DNA of 63,734 nucleotides, the filler included, from Octopus bimaculoides (Eukaryota): assembly GCF_001194135.2 (NCBI RefSeq). It is 7 parts of 6 records of this genome, joined end to end, with 100 filler letters (N's around TTAATTAATTAA, not from the genome) between each part and the next. Parts side by side here need not be neighbours in the genome. Positions count along the whole stretch, not along the records: positions 24,486 to 46,019 come from NC_068983.1; positions 46,120 to 49,428 come from NC_069003.1; 5 more parts are not named here. The stretch is one strand, 5' to 3'. This document shows, piece by piece, positions 35,879 through 47,313 of the stretch (its first letter is position 1; the number at the start of each line of letters is the position of its first letter). The notes below the pieces were generated by a model. That model searched no databases and was not told where the DNA came from. It worked only from the letters and a program-made list of their open reading frames with translations. The position numbers and the translations under genes are program-made.

Positions 35879-37437
35879 TGTGTGTATGTATGGATATATA
35901 CATATATATATTTGTGTATGTACATACATACATCATATTCTGCTATGAATGAGCCTCTGACGGACAATTCGATAACGCAAAATCTCCCCAACCATATCTG
36001 TCATTTCTATATTTATATCTAGGCATGTCACCGACCGTTATATGTGTTGCAGAACAATGTCGCAGATCCAGCCAAGACTGGCGTCATGTTACTTTCTTTC
36101 CTATTCAAACCAATCCCAAAATAAATTTATTCAACAGATATCCATACTAACGCTTGCAGTTCCTATAAATAGTCACTTCATTCATTAACACAAGTCAACT
36201 TAATTGAGACTGATATAGTCTACTGAAAAATAAAAACACAATGAGAAAAAAAACAAAACAAACAAAAAACCCACAACAACAAAACAAAAAGAAGAAGAAA
36301 ACACAGTACAATCTGCTATTTAACTTACTGATCACGGACGCTTAAAAGACAAATGAAACTTGATGCAATTTGAAATGAGAGATTTGAGGACACAGGCTGT
36401 ACTCAAGCTAGGTTTCGAAGTACTCCAGGTTTCCGTGAAAAAGTCCTGGAGTGCCACGAAATAAAGATTTGTTTTGTTGTATCTGGGGAGAACATTCTCT
36501 TTTAGTGCCTTTTAATACACACACCGGTAAAATTTCCACTCATTTATTTATTTATTTTTCTAAAATTTTCGTTGCGTCTTGCAGCCTTTTCAATAGTTGT
36601 TGACAACTATTGAAAAGGCTACAGAATATGTTTCAACACACGAACTCACATAAAGAATCTTGCAAACCAAATCAAAAAATGAGAGAGTTGTTTTGATATA
36701 GCCTGGAGCTGACCAAACCCTTGTGAATGGATTTGGTAGACGGAAACTGAAAGAAGCCCGTCGTATATATATATATATTTATGTGTGTGTGTGTCTGTGT
36801 TTGTGTCATCGGCCATCACTTGACTACCGATGTTGGTGTGTTTACACCTCTGTAACCTATCGGTTCGGTAGAAGAGACCGATAGAATAAGCACCAAGCTT
36901 ACAAAGAATAAGTCCAGGGGACTAAAAGGCGCTGCTCCAGCATGGCTACAGTCAAATGACTGACACAAGTAAAAGAGTAAAAGAGTCGTAGTTTACACGA
37001 TATTTTAATAAGTTAAGCTGGTCTTTTTTTGTTTGCTTCATTCATTGGAGTGCAGCCATGCTGGAGCACCACTTTGTCGCGTTATTCGAATAAAAAAGGT
37101 ACTCATTTCGTCAATTGTGAAATGATGAGAGGCCGCACACACACACACATGCGCGCGCGCAGGACTTCTCAGAGTTTCCGTCTACCAAATTCACCAACAA
37201 GCTATTGGTTGCCCAAGTTTCTACGCAATGGAACCGAACCCGAAACCACGTGGGTTGCAAAGCAAACTTCTTAAGCTCACAGTCATTCCTACGACTATAT
37301 ACACTCTATATTTTCTTTTTAAATATAAATAAATCCTAGTTTTAGAACAATATTTATTTATGGCAAACAAGTCTGTAAAATATAGGCATGGATTCTGTGA
37401 TGTTTTTGAAAATCGTATAAAGATACTACAACAAAAT

Positions 37438-38033
37438 ATCAGGTTGTCCGGAAAGTTCGTGCCGATTTTCTAAGAGGTTCTTCTCACTCAACTCATGTGG
37501 TACCCAAACATCGTAGCGATTTGTGTACCCAAGCTTTACCAGGTGCTCATGAACGACAGATTTTGATTGGTTAAGGCTTTCTGCCAATTCTTGGGTTGTG
37601 CAATGTGGGTTATTCTCAATTAATGACTTGATTTGGTCATCATCTGTAGTGGATGGTCTGCCTGATAGCTCTTTATCAATAAGGCTACAATCTCCAGCTC
37701 GGAACTTTGCGAACCACTTCCGTACAGTTCTTTCGGATAAAGAAACATCACCGTAAGCTGCGCATATTTCTTTGGTTGTTTATGAGGCATTTTTCCCTTT
37801 ACAGAAAAAGAAAAGCATCAAGTGCCGAAAATGAACTTTCTTATCTTCCATTTTAAAGGGTTACAGAATTAATACAGGTTATAGGAACATAAACCTTCTT
37901 CCCCGAAAAGATAGCTTAAACTGTACTCTAAATGGAGGTGTAGTCAAATTCTGTTTTATGGACTCAACCATGTTTTAAAATAAGTCGAAAGGTAAGCTAC
38001 TATAAATCGGCACGAACTTTCCGGATAACCCAA
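37438..38033 (-). mobile_element. Mariner (Mos1/Hsmar-like) internally deleted element
   Basis: TIR GGTT(G/A)TCCGGAAAGTTCGTGCCGATTT at both ends. From the ATG at 37851 the minus strand reads MEDKKVHFRHLMLFFFCKGKNAS*TTKEICAAYGDVSLSERTVRKWFAKFRAGDCSLIDKELSGRPSTTDDDQIKSLIENNPHCTTQELAES. Confidence 0.9.
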
Positions 38034-38330
38034 TACATTTCGGAGAATTTCGAATATACACCGATGTGCTTAGTGAGAACCCCTTGTTTCGTACATTTAC
38101 TGTTATATAATCCATAAATATTGATATTTGACGGAGTTCCGTGACCTATGGGAAAAACTACAGTCGATTAAATCAATCTCAGTACTTAACTAGTAGTTAA
38201 TTTATTAACCTTGAAAGGAGGCAAGGCAAAGTAGATTCCATAGGGATAGTTACTCAAAATGTAAATTCAATAAATCTTTTCATAATGATTTTTTGAGATG
38301 ATGGAAAATTATATTTATTTTTATTAATAG

Positions 38331-38397
38331 GAAATTGTCGAGAAACCAGTGTTCCTTCGAGAAGCCAGCTATTATGATTTAAATCAAGGAGAACTTG
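38331..38397 (+). CDS. Calpain coding exon 2
   Basis: Acceptor TTTTTATTAATAG, 67 nt reading EIVEKPVFLREASYYDLNQGEL+G, donor G|GTAAGT. Phase 0 in and phase 1 out, continuing exon 1 in frame. Too short for the ORF track. Confidence 0.93.
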
Positions 38398-39094
38398 GTA
38401 AGTATTTCTAACTAAATATACAATAATATATTAAAAATAACATTTATTCACTTATTCCTTTCTCAAATACACGTCTCTCCTTCTGTAATTCTAACCCATC
38501 TCTTCTCATTAAGATACGTTTCCTATCCCACCATCTTTCCAGAAAGCGATGTCAGCGTTTACGTAACATTTACACACACGCACACACACACACACACACT
38601 CCTTTTATCTGGATATTAGCAAAAGATGCTCGGTTGCTGAAAGCAATTCTTCCTCATCTGTTTTCCCTTTTCAAATTCTTCCAGCAGTTTTCAACTATTC
38701 CACATTTTCTGTAGGGACATTTAGTCCAACTCACCTGTGTGGAAAACCATCCTCTTTGGTAACTTTAATTTATGTAAATTCTCCCAGTTATCGCATTCCA
38801 CCTACAACAACATCACTAATATAGAGGCCGAGATGTTTGTCATCTTGAGCAGTTTGCTAAATTTAGTATTCTTTCTGCTTTTCCAAATTACCTTGAACTA
38901 CTTTTACTTAAAATATAGATTTACCCAGTCATCAATGGATCTTCTTCCAATTAGGTCCTCTGCTGATTGCTTAATTTAAGACAACTCACCTTACCATACA
39001 TTATACAGCAACTAATTGGCTGAAGCACTGTCTACATAGTAGACATAGAGATATGTCAAATTCATATCTTATACGTAGATTAAAAAAATAAAAT

Positions 39095-39153
39095 GATAAA
39101 CAACTTTAATCGATTTTCGACCCTTATTGGTGTCTCATCAGTAGTGTCTATAT
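39095..39153 (-). ncRNA. Minimal type I hammerhead-ribozyme-like motif, antisense in calpain intron 2
   Basis: Minus strand reads ATAGACACTA CTGATGA GAC-A-CC[AATAA]GG-GTC GAA AATCGATT A AAGTTGTTTAT. It has an intact core, stem II, a palindromic stem III (AATCGATT) and a UUA triplet. Stem I has an A.A mismatch next to the core. Confidence 0.6.
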
Positions 39154-39740
39154 CACTTGACCAATCTCAAAGAATATACGATCTAAGATATATTTCATTA
39201 TGGATTAAATCTCCGTTACATCACTTTCCATATTATCATAAACCAAATGCACATCAGACGACAAAGTGCGTTCTGTATATGTAAAACGGTATATAAGAAG
39301 AGACTAACGGTCTTGCACGCGTGCGGACATTTGAAAACTAAAAAGCTTCATTGTTATGTGAATCATAGAGATGGTCGTTGTCGCTGCAGCAGTTGAGGTG
39401 TCAGACACATCTGTGACAAAGAAACACCACCACTTTCGTACTTTCTTCACTTATGAAGGCACACTGTGGGTATAGCATAGGCGTTAGAAGTTGCGATTGA
39501 AAGAGAAGCTACTCAAGGAATCCACAACTGAGGGAAATGATGGGACAACCCATAAACAAGTATTTGAATGTAAATATTTTATATAAGCAGCCGAGACCCA
39601 TAGAACGAGTTGTTAGTTCCTCACAAACTAGGAATCTACAACAATCTAAAAATCAATCTAAGAGATGACAAGTTTGGAATTCTACTGTATTTTGGTGAAC
39701 GATTACATTAATCAAATTTTGTGATCAGTTGTGTTTTATA

Positions 39741-39859
39741 TACGGGGTGGTCGCTAGAAAAGCGGAAAATTTGACGCATATTGATTACCTCAAATAAATC
39801 TTGTCAAAATATAAACCAGTATTTCCTGAATTTTTTTCTTTTCTAGCGACCACCCTGTA
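39741..39859. mobile_element. Tiny Tc1-type MITE (about 119 bp)
   Basis: TACGGGGTGGTCGCTAGAAAAG ... CTTTTCTAGCGACCACCCTGTA form a 21/22 inverted match with TA termini. Confidence 0.8.
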
Positions 39860-40020
39860 TTTTACAACCGGACACACACGACTAGGCGCATTAATGAATA
39901 TCTCAGCAAACATATTTATTTCAGCTACATTTTTCAGCTACATGAACATATTACCTGCCAAATACATATCCATATAAACAGATGTTAATGGGTGTGTGTA
40001 ACATATTATTATTATTATTA

Positions 40021-40699
40021 CCAAACGACCTCCGCACGGCTGACTTTGTGTTCATTCGACGTGACACACGACGAAAACCCCTCCAGTCACCCTACGATGG
40101 TCCATATCAAGTCATACACCCGGGAGATAAAACATTCCAACTCCTAATTGACGGAGACAAGACACAGTCTCCATCGATAGATTGAAACCAGCCCATCTCG
40201 ATATTGACAGTCCCGTTCATGTAGCCTAGCCACCAAACAGGGGTCGTCCTAGACAGATCACACCAACCCTTGACAAGGAACAGTCACCAAAGAATCGAGT
40301 AACCACATGCATGGGCAGGACAATTAAAACACCTTCCCGTTTCCAATGACAGTCAACAGTTCTGGCGGGGAGGTATGTAAGGCAGGATTCGTGACAGACA
40401 AACTATAGACAGGAACTTCGCTGCGGGCTAGCAAGGAAGTTGGTCAGCAACAAAAAAGGGACTTCCGGTAGGAGAAGAAAAACAAAAGAATGTCAACAAT
40501 GAGTGATAAACGAATCTGAATGAATTAAGCAGAAATAACTGGCGACTTAAGCCCTGATGTACGTAAAGTAATAAACCCTTGATAAATGTATTCTCGTCTC
40601 CACTAGTTTGTTTGCGTATAGCTTAACAGAGCTATATGTGTGTATATTATTCCAACCTAACGAGGTGCCTCAACTGAAGAACCTAATTCAACTGAAACA
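40021..40699 (+). mobile_element. Gypsy LTR retrotransposon 3' end: integrase C-terminus, PPT and 3' LTR (40376-40699)
   Basis: DFVFIRRDTRRKPLQSPYDGPYQV...IDRLKPAHLD (GPY/F motif, one frameshift), then GRTIKTPSRF*. The purine tract GGCGGGGAGG precedes a TGT...ACA LTR that contains AATAAA at 40570-40575. Confidence 0.88.
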
Positions 40700-40797
40700 T
40701 ATATATATATATATTCCATATGAATACTTTGATATCTGTTACTCTATGTTTGTAATAAGTTTGACATCGACTAATTCTATGATTTATTTCCTTACAG

Positions 40798-40908
40798 GGA
40801 ATTGCTGGTTCATTTGTGGTCTGAATTCACTTATTGTCAACAGCAAGAAGAAATTCCAAAAAGTTGTCCCTCCTAACCAGGGCTTTGAAAAATCTGACCA
40901 TTACGCTG
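40798..40908 (+). CDS. Calpain coding exon 3 carrying the catalytic Cys (TGC at 40803-40805; Cys75 of the spliced protein)
   Basis: Acceptor TTTATTTCCTTACAG, 111 nt reading (G)NCWFICGLNSLIVNSKKKFQKVVPPNQGFEKSDHYA+G, donor G|GTGAGT. Completes QGELGNCW with exon 2, and VVP.NQ.F....YAG is typical of calpains. Confidence 0.95.
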
Positions 40909-40920
40909 GTGAGTATCCCA

Positions 40921-40964
<44 letters not shown>

Positions 40965-40989
40965 ATAATAATAATAATAATCATAGTAA

Positions 40990-41466
40990 TGGTTTCAAAT
41001 TTTGCCACAAGGGCAGCAATTTGGTGGGAGGGGACTAGTCAATTACATCAACTCCAGTACTCAACTGGTACTTGTTTAATCGACCCCGAAAGGATGAAAA
41101 GCAAAGCCGACCTTGGCGGAATTTGAACTCAGAACGTAAGGACGGACGAAATGTCGCTAAACATTTTGTCCGGGGGGCCTACGATTCTGCCAGCTCACCG
41201 CCTTGATAATAATAACAACAACAGCGACAACAACAATAATAATAATAATAATTCTTTCTGCTATAGGCACAAGGCCTGAAATTTGTGGGGAGGAACTAAG
41301 TCGATTACATCAACCCCAATGCTCAAGTAGCATTTATTTCATCGACCCTGAAAGGATGAAAAGCAAAGTCGACCTCGGCGGAATTTGAACTCAGAACGTG
41401 AAGACGGACGAAATGCCGCTAAGCATTTCGCCCGGCGTGCTGACGATTCTGCCAGCTCACCGCCTT
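40990..41466 (-). mobile_element. Two tandem copies of SINE family C in calpain intron 3 (partial third copy to about 41580)
   Basis: GGCGGTGAGCTGGCAGAATCGT.AG... GTTCTGAGTTCAAATTCCGCC... copies are separated by (AAT/AAC/GAT)n. Other copies at about 9286-9492(+), 11640-11815(+), 23655-23850(-), 23878-24090(-), 27605-28250(+, three copies), 49975-50170(-), 51262-51420(+) and 52899-53125(+). Confidence 0.88.
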
Positions 41467-41470
41467 AATG

Positions 41471-41532
<62 letters not shown>

Positions 41533-41829
41533 AATTTCAAATTTTGGTATAAGGACGAAAATCTGGTGGGAAAGGGAAATCGATTTTTTTAATATTGTGG
41601 TTCACTTTCGTTTTGGGTCACTTTTTTTCTTTGTACTCTCTTCACCGATAGTCTAGACATTCTTCCCTGTTACCATCACCTTCCTCTTGTCATAAAGCTA
41701 TGGAGTATTAATTGTTTCTGGTTAGCGTTACGAAGTTTGGAATTTGTTGTTGTTGCTATTGCTTTAGATGTATGTCCTCCCTCCCTTCTCCCACGGTCTC
41801 CTAGATGGCTTCAGATTTTGAGAGCAGAG

Positions 41830-42220
41830 TGTTCACCTCCATTGCTAGTATTTTGGGTGCAATAGATTATTCTGGACCTTGTAGATATTTCGTTGCTGTT
41901 CTCTATCTTTTAGTTTCGCCATTCCTTTGAACAGGTACCCATCAAGTGTGTTTTATGACCACACTTGTAGCAACTAGACTTCTTCTATCAGTCTGTGCAC
42001 TATCACTTTCGTACCCGCATCCGCCATCGAAAAAAGTCCTGTGGAGGTCTTGTCGTATTCGGAGTTCATGAGGACATGAATGCCCATTGAGGTCACACCC
42101 TACCATACCACTGATCTACTTACTCATGATAAGTTACGAAGGTGACGACGAACACAGAAATAAGGCCGTTCTCAACGTCCTTGGCCATGCACCTCATGTT
42201 TCGTCGCCCCAGGTACTGGA
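41830..42220 (-). mobile_element. Decayed retroelement ORF1/gag remnant with CCHC zinc knuckle
   Basis: Positions 41931-41972 on the minus strand encode CYKCGHKTHLMGTC (CX2CX4HX4C). The flanking frame is interrupted by stops. Confidence 0.55.
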
Positions 42221-42229
42221 ACAAGTGTA

Positions 42230-43064
42230 CGTGGTCTGATCAATAAGTATTCGGACTGTTGCTATAGTAACGAAACTAAAGCATGGAGAGTGAAGCCGCT
42301 TGACACAGATTGACCTCCAATTCTGCTGTGCATGCGCACTAAGTTTTAACGCTCTAGCTTACTTCCGCTGTTTACCATAACAGAGTGGGTTGAACAGAGA
42401 ATCTGCATTAAATTTTGTCAAAAGCTTGGCGATACCTGACCAGAGGCCTACGCAAAGTTTTCAAAATGTTTTCATCGTCCTCGATACAATCAAGGAGATC
42501 TTGTGCAACTGAAATCCGAGTGTCCTTTTGATCAGCTGAAAGCAGTTTTGCAACAAAGTTGGCAGACACGCGTCTTATACTCAAATCTTCAGTGATAATG
42601 GGCTGAACTGAAAGTAACTAATCTGCACATTTTCTGATAACTCACAGATGGTGATTCGACGATTTCCCGTCACAGCTGCAAGCACATCTGCGATGTTTTT
42701 CTCAGTTCTGCTGGTTGAGCGTCTCCCAGGGCGTTTGTCAATATCGACATTTTTTCGGCCATCTTGGAAACGTCTGAATCACTCGCACACTTGTCTGCAG
42801 CTCATACACTCCTCTCCATACACTTTCTACAATTTTGCGCAGGCATCGTCATGCCAACTTTCTCTGTCATGGTCACTGCAACAATCATTCGCTACTCACC
42901 TTCCTTCGAAGCACTGCTGTAAACAGCGGAAGTAAGTTAGAACGTCGAAACTTAGTGCGCATGCACAGCAGAGTTGAAGGTCAATCTGTGCCAAGCGGAT
43001 TCATTCTGCGTGCTCTAGTTTCGTTACTATGGCAACAGTCTGAATACTTATTGATCAGACCTCG
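42230..43064 (-). mobile_element. Mariner-derived fold-back element, copy 2, with a tandem duplication of its right end (about 42970-43127 and 43128-43288)
   Basis: Same TIRs, TA flanks and internal junction (GAGGCCTAC.CAAAGTTTTCAAAA) as copy 1. A second right TIR ends at 43222. Confidence 0.88.
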
Positions 43065-44417
43065 TACAGCCTGTTGTATATCGCACCTGCTCTGACTGCT
43101 TACTTGCTGTGTCTTCATTTCTGAAATAGAGTTGAAAGTCAATCTATGCCAAGCGGATTCACTCTGCGTGCTTTTGTTTCGTTACTATGACAACAATCTA
43201 GATACTTATTGATCAGACCTCGTATAGCCTATTGTATATCACACCTGCTCTGCTTGCTTACTTGCTGTGTCTCCGTTTCTGAAATAGAGGCCTATACAGT
43301 TTGCCTCGATTCACTGCACCCCTTGCACATGTTGCTCTAGCAAATAGATATTAGTAATTTGTAGTCATTTGTTTCCTTTCTTGCTTCTTAAAATCGGGAT
43401 CAGAATGAATTGCATGTTGCTTGGCTACGCAAGTTTACCACACTGACCAATATTGTACAGAAACATCCATGATGAATGTCTGAGTGTTGCCGGTGACGCT
43501 TACAAATAAAGACCCTCAAAAAATTCTTGACTTGATAACACCTTCAGACGTCGAAATTCGTGGGCATATGCTAATAAAGACACTACTTTTTAATTTCTTT
43601 TGTGAATATTTGCCTTTTTGAGAGAAAGAAACAACCTTTTTTTTTTCAATTATTTCTTTGCAAATAACTGTTTTTCTTCAGTATTTTTTGTGTTTTCGTG
43701 TATTGGGACGTTTGTTTTTGTCGTCGTCGCTATTGTTGCAGACCAATTATTTACAAATATCCAAAGAAAAAAAGTGAAGAATAAAAGAAGAGTGACATTT
43801 TTACCATTTTTGATAAAAGAGCTGAGTTAGAAACTCGTACGAGACTATTTCGGTATTTGTATTCCTAAAAAGAAAGAAGATGTTACTAACAACAACACTC
43901 ATAATAATCTCTTCTAATATAGGCTCATGGACAAAAATTTTGGGGCGAGGGACTAAGTTGAGTACTGGGGTCAATCTAATTGACATACCACCCCATGCCC
44001 CGAAATTGCTGGCCTTGTGCCAAAATTTGAAACCACTGTTAGTACATTCTTACCTACCTTTTGCGTCACGCTAAGGGCAGTAACTCAAGGAAGAAAGTAG
44101 AGAAAACTAAAGGACAATTAAAAAGGAAGGAGAAGTAATCAGAAAATAAGGGAAAATAGAAAGGCGGTGGCAGCAGTGGTGAAGGCGTTCATTTGTTGTA
44201 TGTGACGGTTGTTTGACGTTGGTAATCATTGTAGTGTTGGTGGCAGCGATGACAATTACTTGCACTATAGCGCATGCGTTAAATCATAAATCATTTCACG
44301 AAAATATGCAGTTCGCCACCAGCAACTCACTACTTACAAAAACCACCACCATCGCCTTCATTAACTAATGCTCTTTCAACATCGTAATCAACAACAAACT
44401 GTTACACTTATCAATGC

Positions 44418-44945
44418 ATGTATGTATGTATGTATGTCTCTTCTATTTTTCTAATTATTATAATTCTTCCGCCGAGGAGAGAGCCGGTTTCCGACAAAGA
44501 TACAAGGCTCCATCTTTGGGATGTAGTTAACAGATAAATTCACATTTGGAACTTGAGAAAAGTCTTTCATATTTTTACTGTTCCACTCACAGATTGGTCT
44601 TGTAATGTACGAATCAGCCGGTCGATTTCTCTATCTGAAAATCCCAGTTTATCCAGATTCTCCTTTAAGCATTTACTAACAAAACCTAGTGCTCCAATTA
44701 TTATTTGTATGAATATGAATTCATAGTCGGGATATAGAAGCTGGAGGTTTCGAAGAAGTTGTCCCTAGATATCCTCTTTTTCTTCGATTTTCAAAGAGAT
44801 ATTTATATCTGCAGGGCCTCTATGATGGCACCATACCTTTGCCCCTCTGTCCCAAACAACAATATCCGGCATGTTATGTTTACATTTGACAGAAGCTTTG
44901 ATGGGAATATTCCACCAATATTCCTTGAGTTGGTATGTTTGTAAG
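44418..44945 (-). mobile_element. RLE-clade LINE 3' end with (CATA)n tail
   Basis: Minus strand reads EYWWNIPIKASVKCKHNMPDIVVWDR...PADINISLKIEEKEDI*GQLLRNLQLLYPDYEFIFIQIIIGALGFVSKCLKENLDKLGF...GTVKI*KTFLKF*, then a UTR and (CATA)n. Confidence 0.82.
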
Positions 44946-45010
44946 TATGTATGTATTTATGTTTGTATGTATGTATTTATGTCTATTTATGTGTGTGTGT
45001 GTTTAGCGTG

Positions 45011-45393
45011 GTGACAAGGCTGCATGTGACTAAAGCCCGGTAATGTTATATCTCCGGGTTTAATAAGAGTCAGGATAAGGAACATCAAGAGATCCGAAGA
45101 CAAGTTAAAGTTGACTGCTACATTTATTTCGCCGCTAAAAGAAAATACAGCAACTAGTATACATGAATAATTCTGTCAAATGAAATACATAGGTTCCTCG
45201 TGCTTCTTAAAGATAAAGATGTACGCGGGAAAAACACAAAACGTGGCGACAAGGAATTCTGCTAACAATTATCTCCTCACTGAAGCTGCAAAGCAGAATA
45301 AAACAGCTTTCATGCCGAAGATCCGAGCTTGCTCGTAGCGACCCACCACATCGAGGAATTAGCTGATGTCAGCGCGCTTGTCTAATCTATCAC
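45011..45393 (-). mobile_element. Possible solo LTR
   Basis: Non-microsatellite island with weak TG..CA-type ends and AATAAA on the minus strand near 45120-45126. No TSD verified. Confidence 0.3.
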
Positions 45394-46238
45394 ACATACG
45401 TGTGTGTGTGTGTGTGTGTGTGTGAGTTGTGTGAATGTATTTGTGAGTGTGAATGTATGATTATTTATCTGTATAGTATTCTTTATTTATATAGCGTCTT
45501 TTGGCCATTAGCACTTCTCTCTGTTAAACTCCCCTCTTTCTTTTATTCCTGCCACTTCGTTCAGTCTATATCTCCTCTTCTTTCAACTGAAAGCTTTTTT
45601 TTAAGAGTATCACAAACGTACGTGGGTAGAAGCATATTAGTATTATAGAAAAACATTCTAAGCATGTAGACATATAGTCAAACAATATACAACTAAACGT
45701 ACTGCAGTTGAGAAATATCAAGTGTCGAAATGTACATACATGCACAAGTTTATATTATTTGTTCCTACTTATTCAGTATTGAGGTTGCTTGAACTTCTGC
45801 ACGGGATGCTCCTAGTGCAACTGGATGCTTAACCGTAACAGATCATCAGGGAGCGCTTATTGCATTGTTACAAAGAAATAAAATCTGAAAAGAACAATAT
45901 CACAATACTGGAAGCAGACTGGATGACGATAACCTGAACTCAACAGTAGCAGTCGTACGTGTATTTGTACACACAAGACATAATACATATATATACATAC
46001 ATATATATATATATATATANNNNNNNNNNNNNNNNNNNNNNNNNNNNNNNNNNNNNNNNNNNNTTAATTAATTAANNNNNNNNNNNNNNNNNNNNNNNNN
46101 NNNNNNNNNNNNNNNNNNNTATATAACAAACGCACTACGAAGCACCAGCTTTGCTAAAAATAGGAGTCAAAAATACTTTTGGCTTCGGAGAATTTTTAAC
46201 TCTTGTTTTTAGTAAACATGGTGCTTCTTAGTGCACTA

Positions 46239-46280
<42 letters not shown>

Positions 46281-47282
46281 CTTTCCTTCCACTCGCCTAT
46301 TACTCATTCCTTCTCTCCTTCCCCATAAGCACTCCTTCCTTTACTTTCCTCATTTCCAATCCCTTTCGGCTCGTCATTGACATGATGTGTGCGTTCTTAT
46401 TCTGATCTTGACTTTTTCATTTTCCTTTAATACGAAAGGCCCGTGACTAATTTCCTCTGCGTATTACAACGCACAAATTATCTTCACTTTATCTTTAACG
46501 TCAAAACCCGTTCATATTTACTGCTATTTTCCAGATTGTCTCGTGTTTTTATATTCTGCATTATTTTCAAAACATGCCTCAAATCTATCATTGGGACGAA
46601 GTTAGTTATTTCCTAATATTTGATTTGTATTTTTTTCTCTAGTATTCTTGTATTCCCATTTCCTGTCTTTATTCCACTTTAGGATCTCTATGCCCTGGCA
46701 ACTCCTAGCTGTCGATACAGTCTGAGTTAAAATTATGATCGAGTGGTGTCGAAATTATAGTAATATCCGGTCGACAGATAACGAGGGGTTTTAATGCATT
46801 GACAACCATTTGTATGATTTCGATTTTCTCTAAAATATTTTGCCATCCTTCGGTGCCACGTTTTCCAATATTTCCCATGTATGTATGTATATATGTATGT
46901 ATGTATGCATGTATGTATGTATGTATGTATGTATGTATGTATGTATGCGTGCGTGTGTCTATATATTTATATAGACGGAGGTGTGACTGTGTGGTAATAA
47001 TTCTGCTTTCCAGCCACATGGTCTTGGGTTCAGTCCCACTGCGTGTCACCTTCGACAGGTTGCTTCTACTATAGCCTCGAACTGGCCAAAGACTTGTGGA
47101 CGGATTTGGTAGATGGAGACAGGTACCAATCCTTTCTGTCAAAAAGCGTAGGAGCGAAACGTAAAAGACTTTTCCATTCATCCCAAGCGTTAAACTAATA
47201 CACCTACTTGTTCCTTGACCTGTCTTCGTCCTTTGCTTTTGTAAATTTCAACCATACATACATACATACATACATACATACA

Positions 47283-47313
<31 letters not shown>

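Noticed and set aside
40672-40705. CTGAAGA...GAAAC at the LTR end
   Set aside because: No stem II can form between the boxes, so this is a chance match.
40985-41580. Regularly spaced repeats with short spacers, superficially CRISPR-like
   Set aside because: The units are about 210-bp SINEs separated by trinucleotide tails in eukaryotic DNA, with no cas genes.
46155-46230. Possible calpain exon 4 (GVKNTFGFGEF...), and IVVHFRFGSLF near 41595
   Set aside because: Both lack the conserved FW..G.W..V.VDD.LP motif and a credible polypyrimidine acceptor, and the first reaches a stop quickly.
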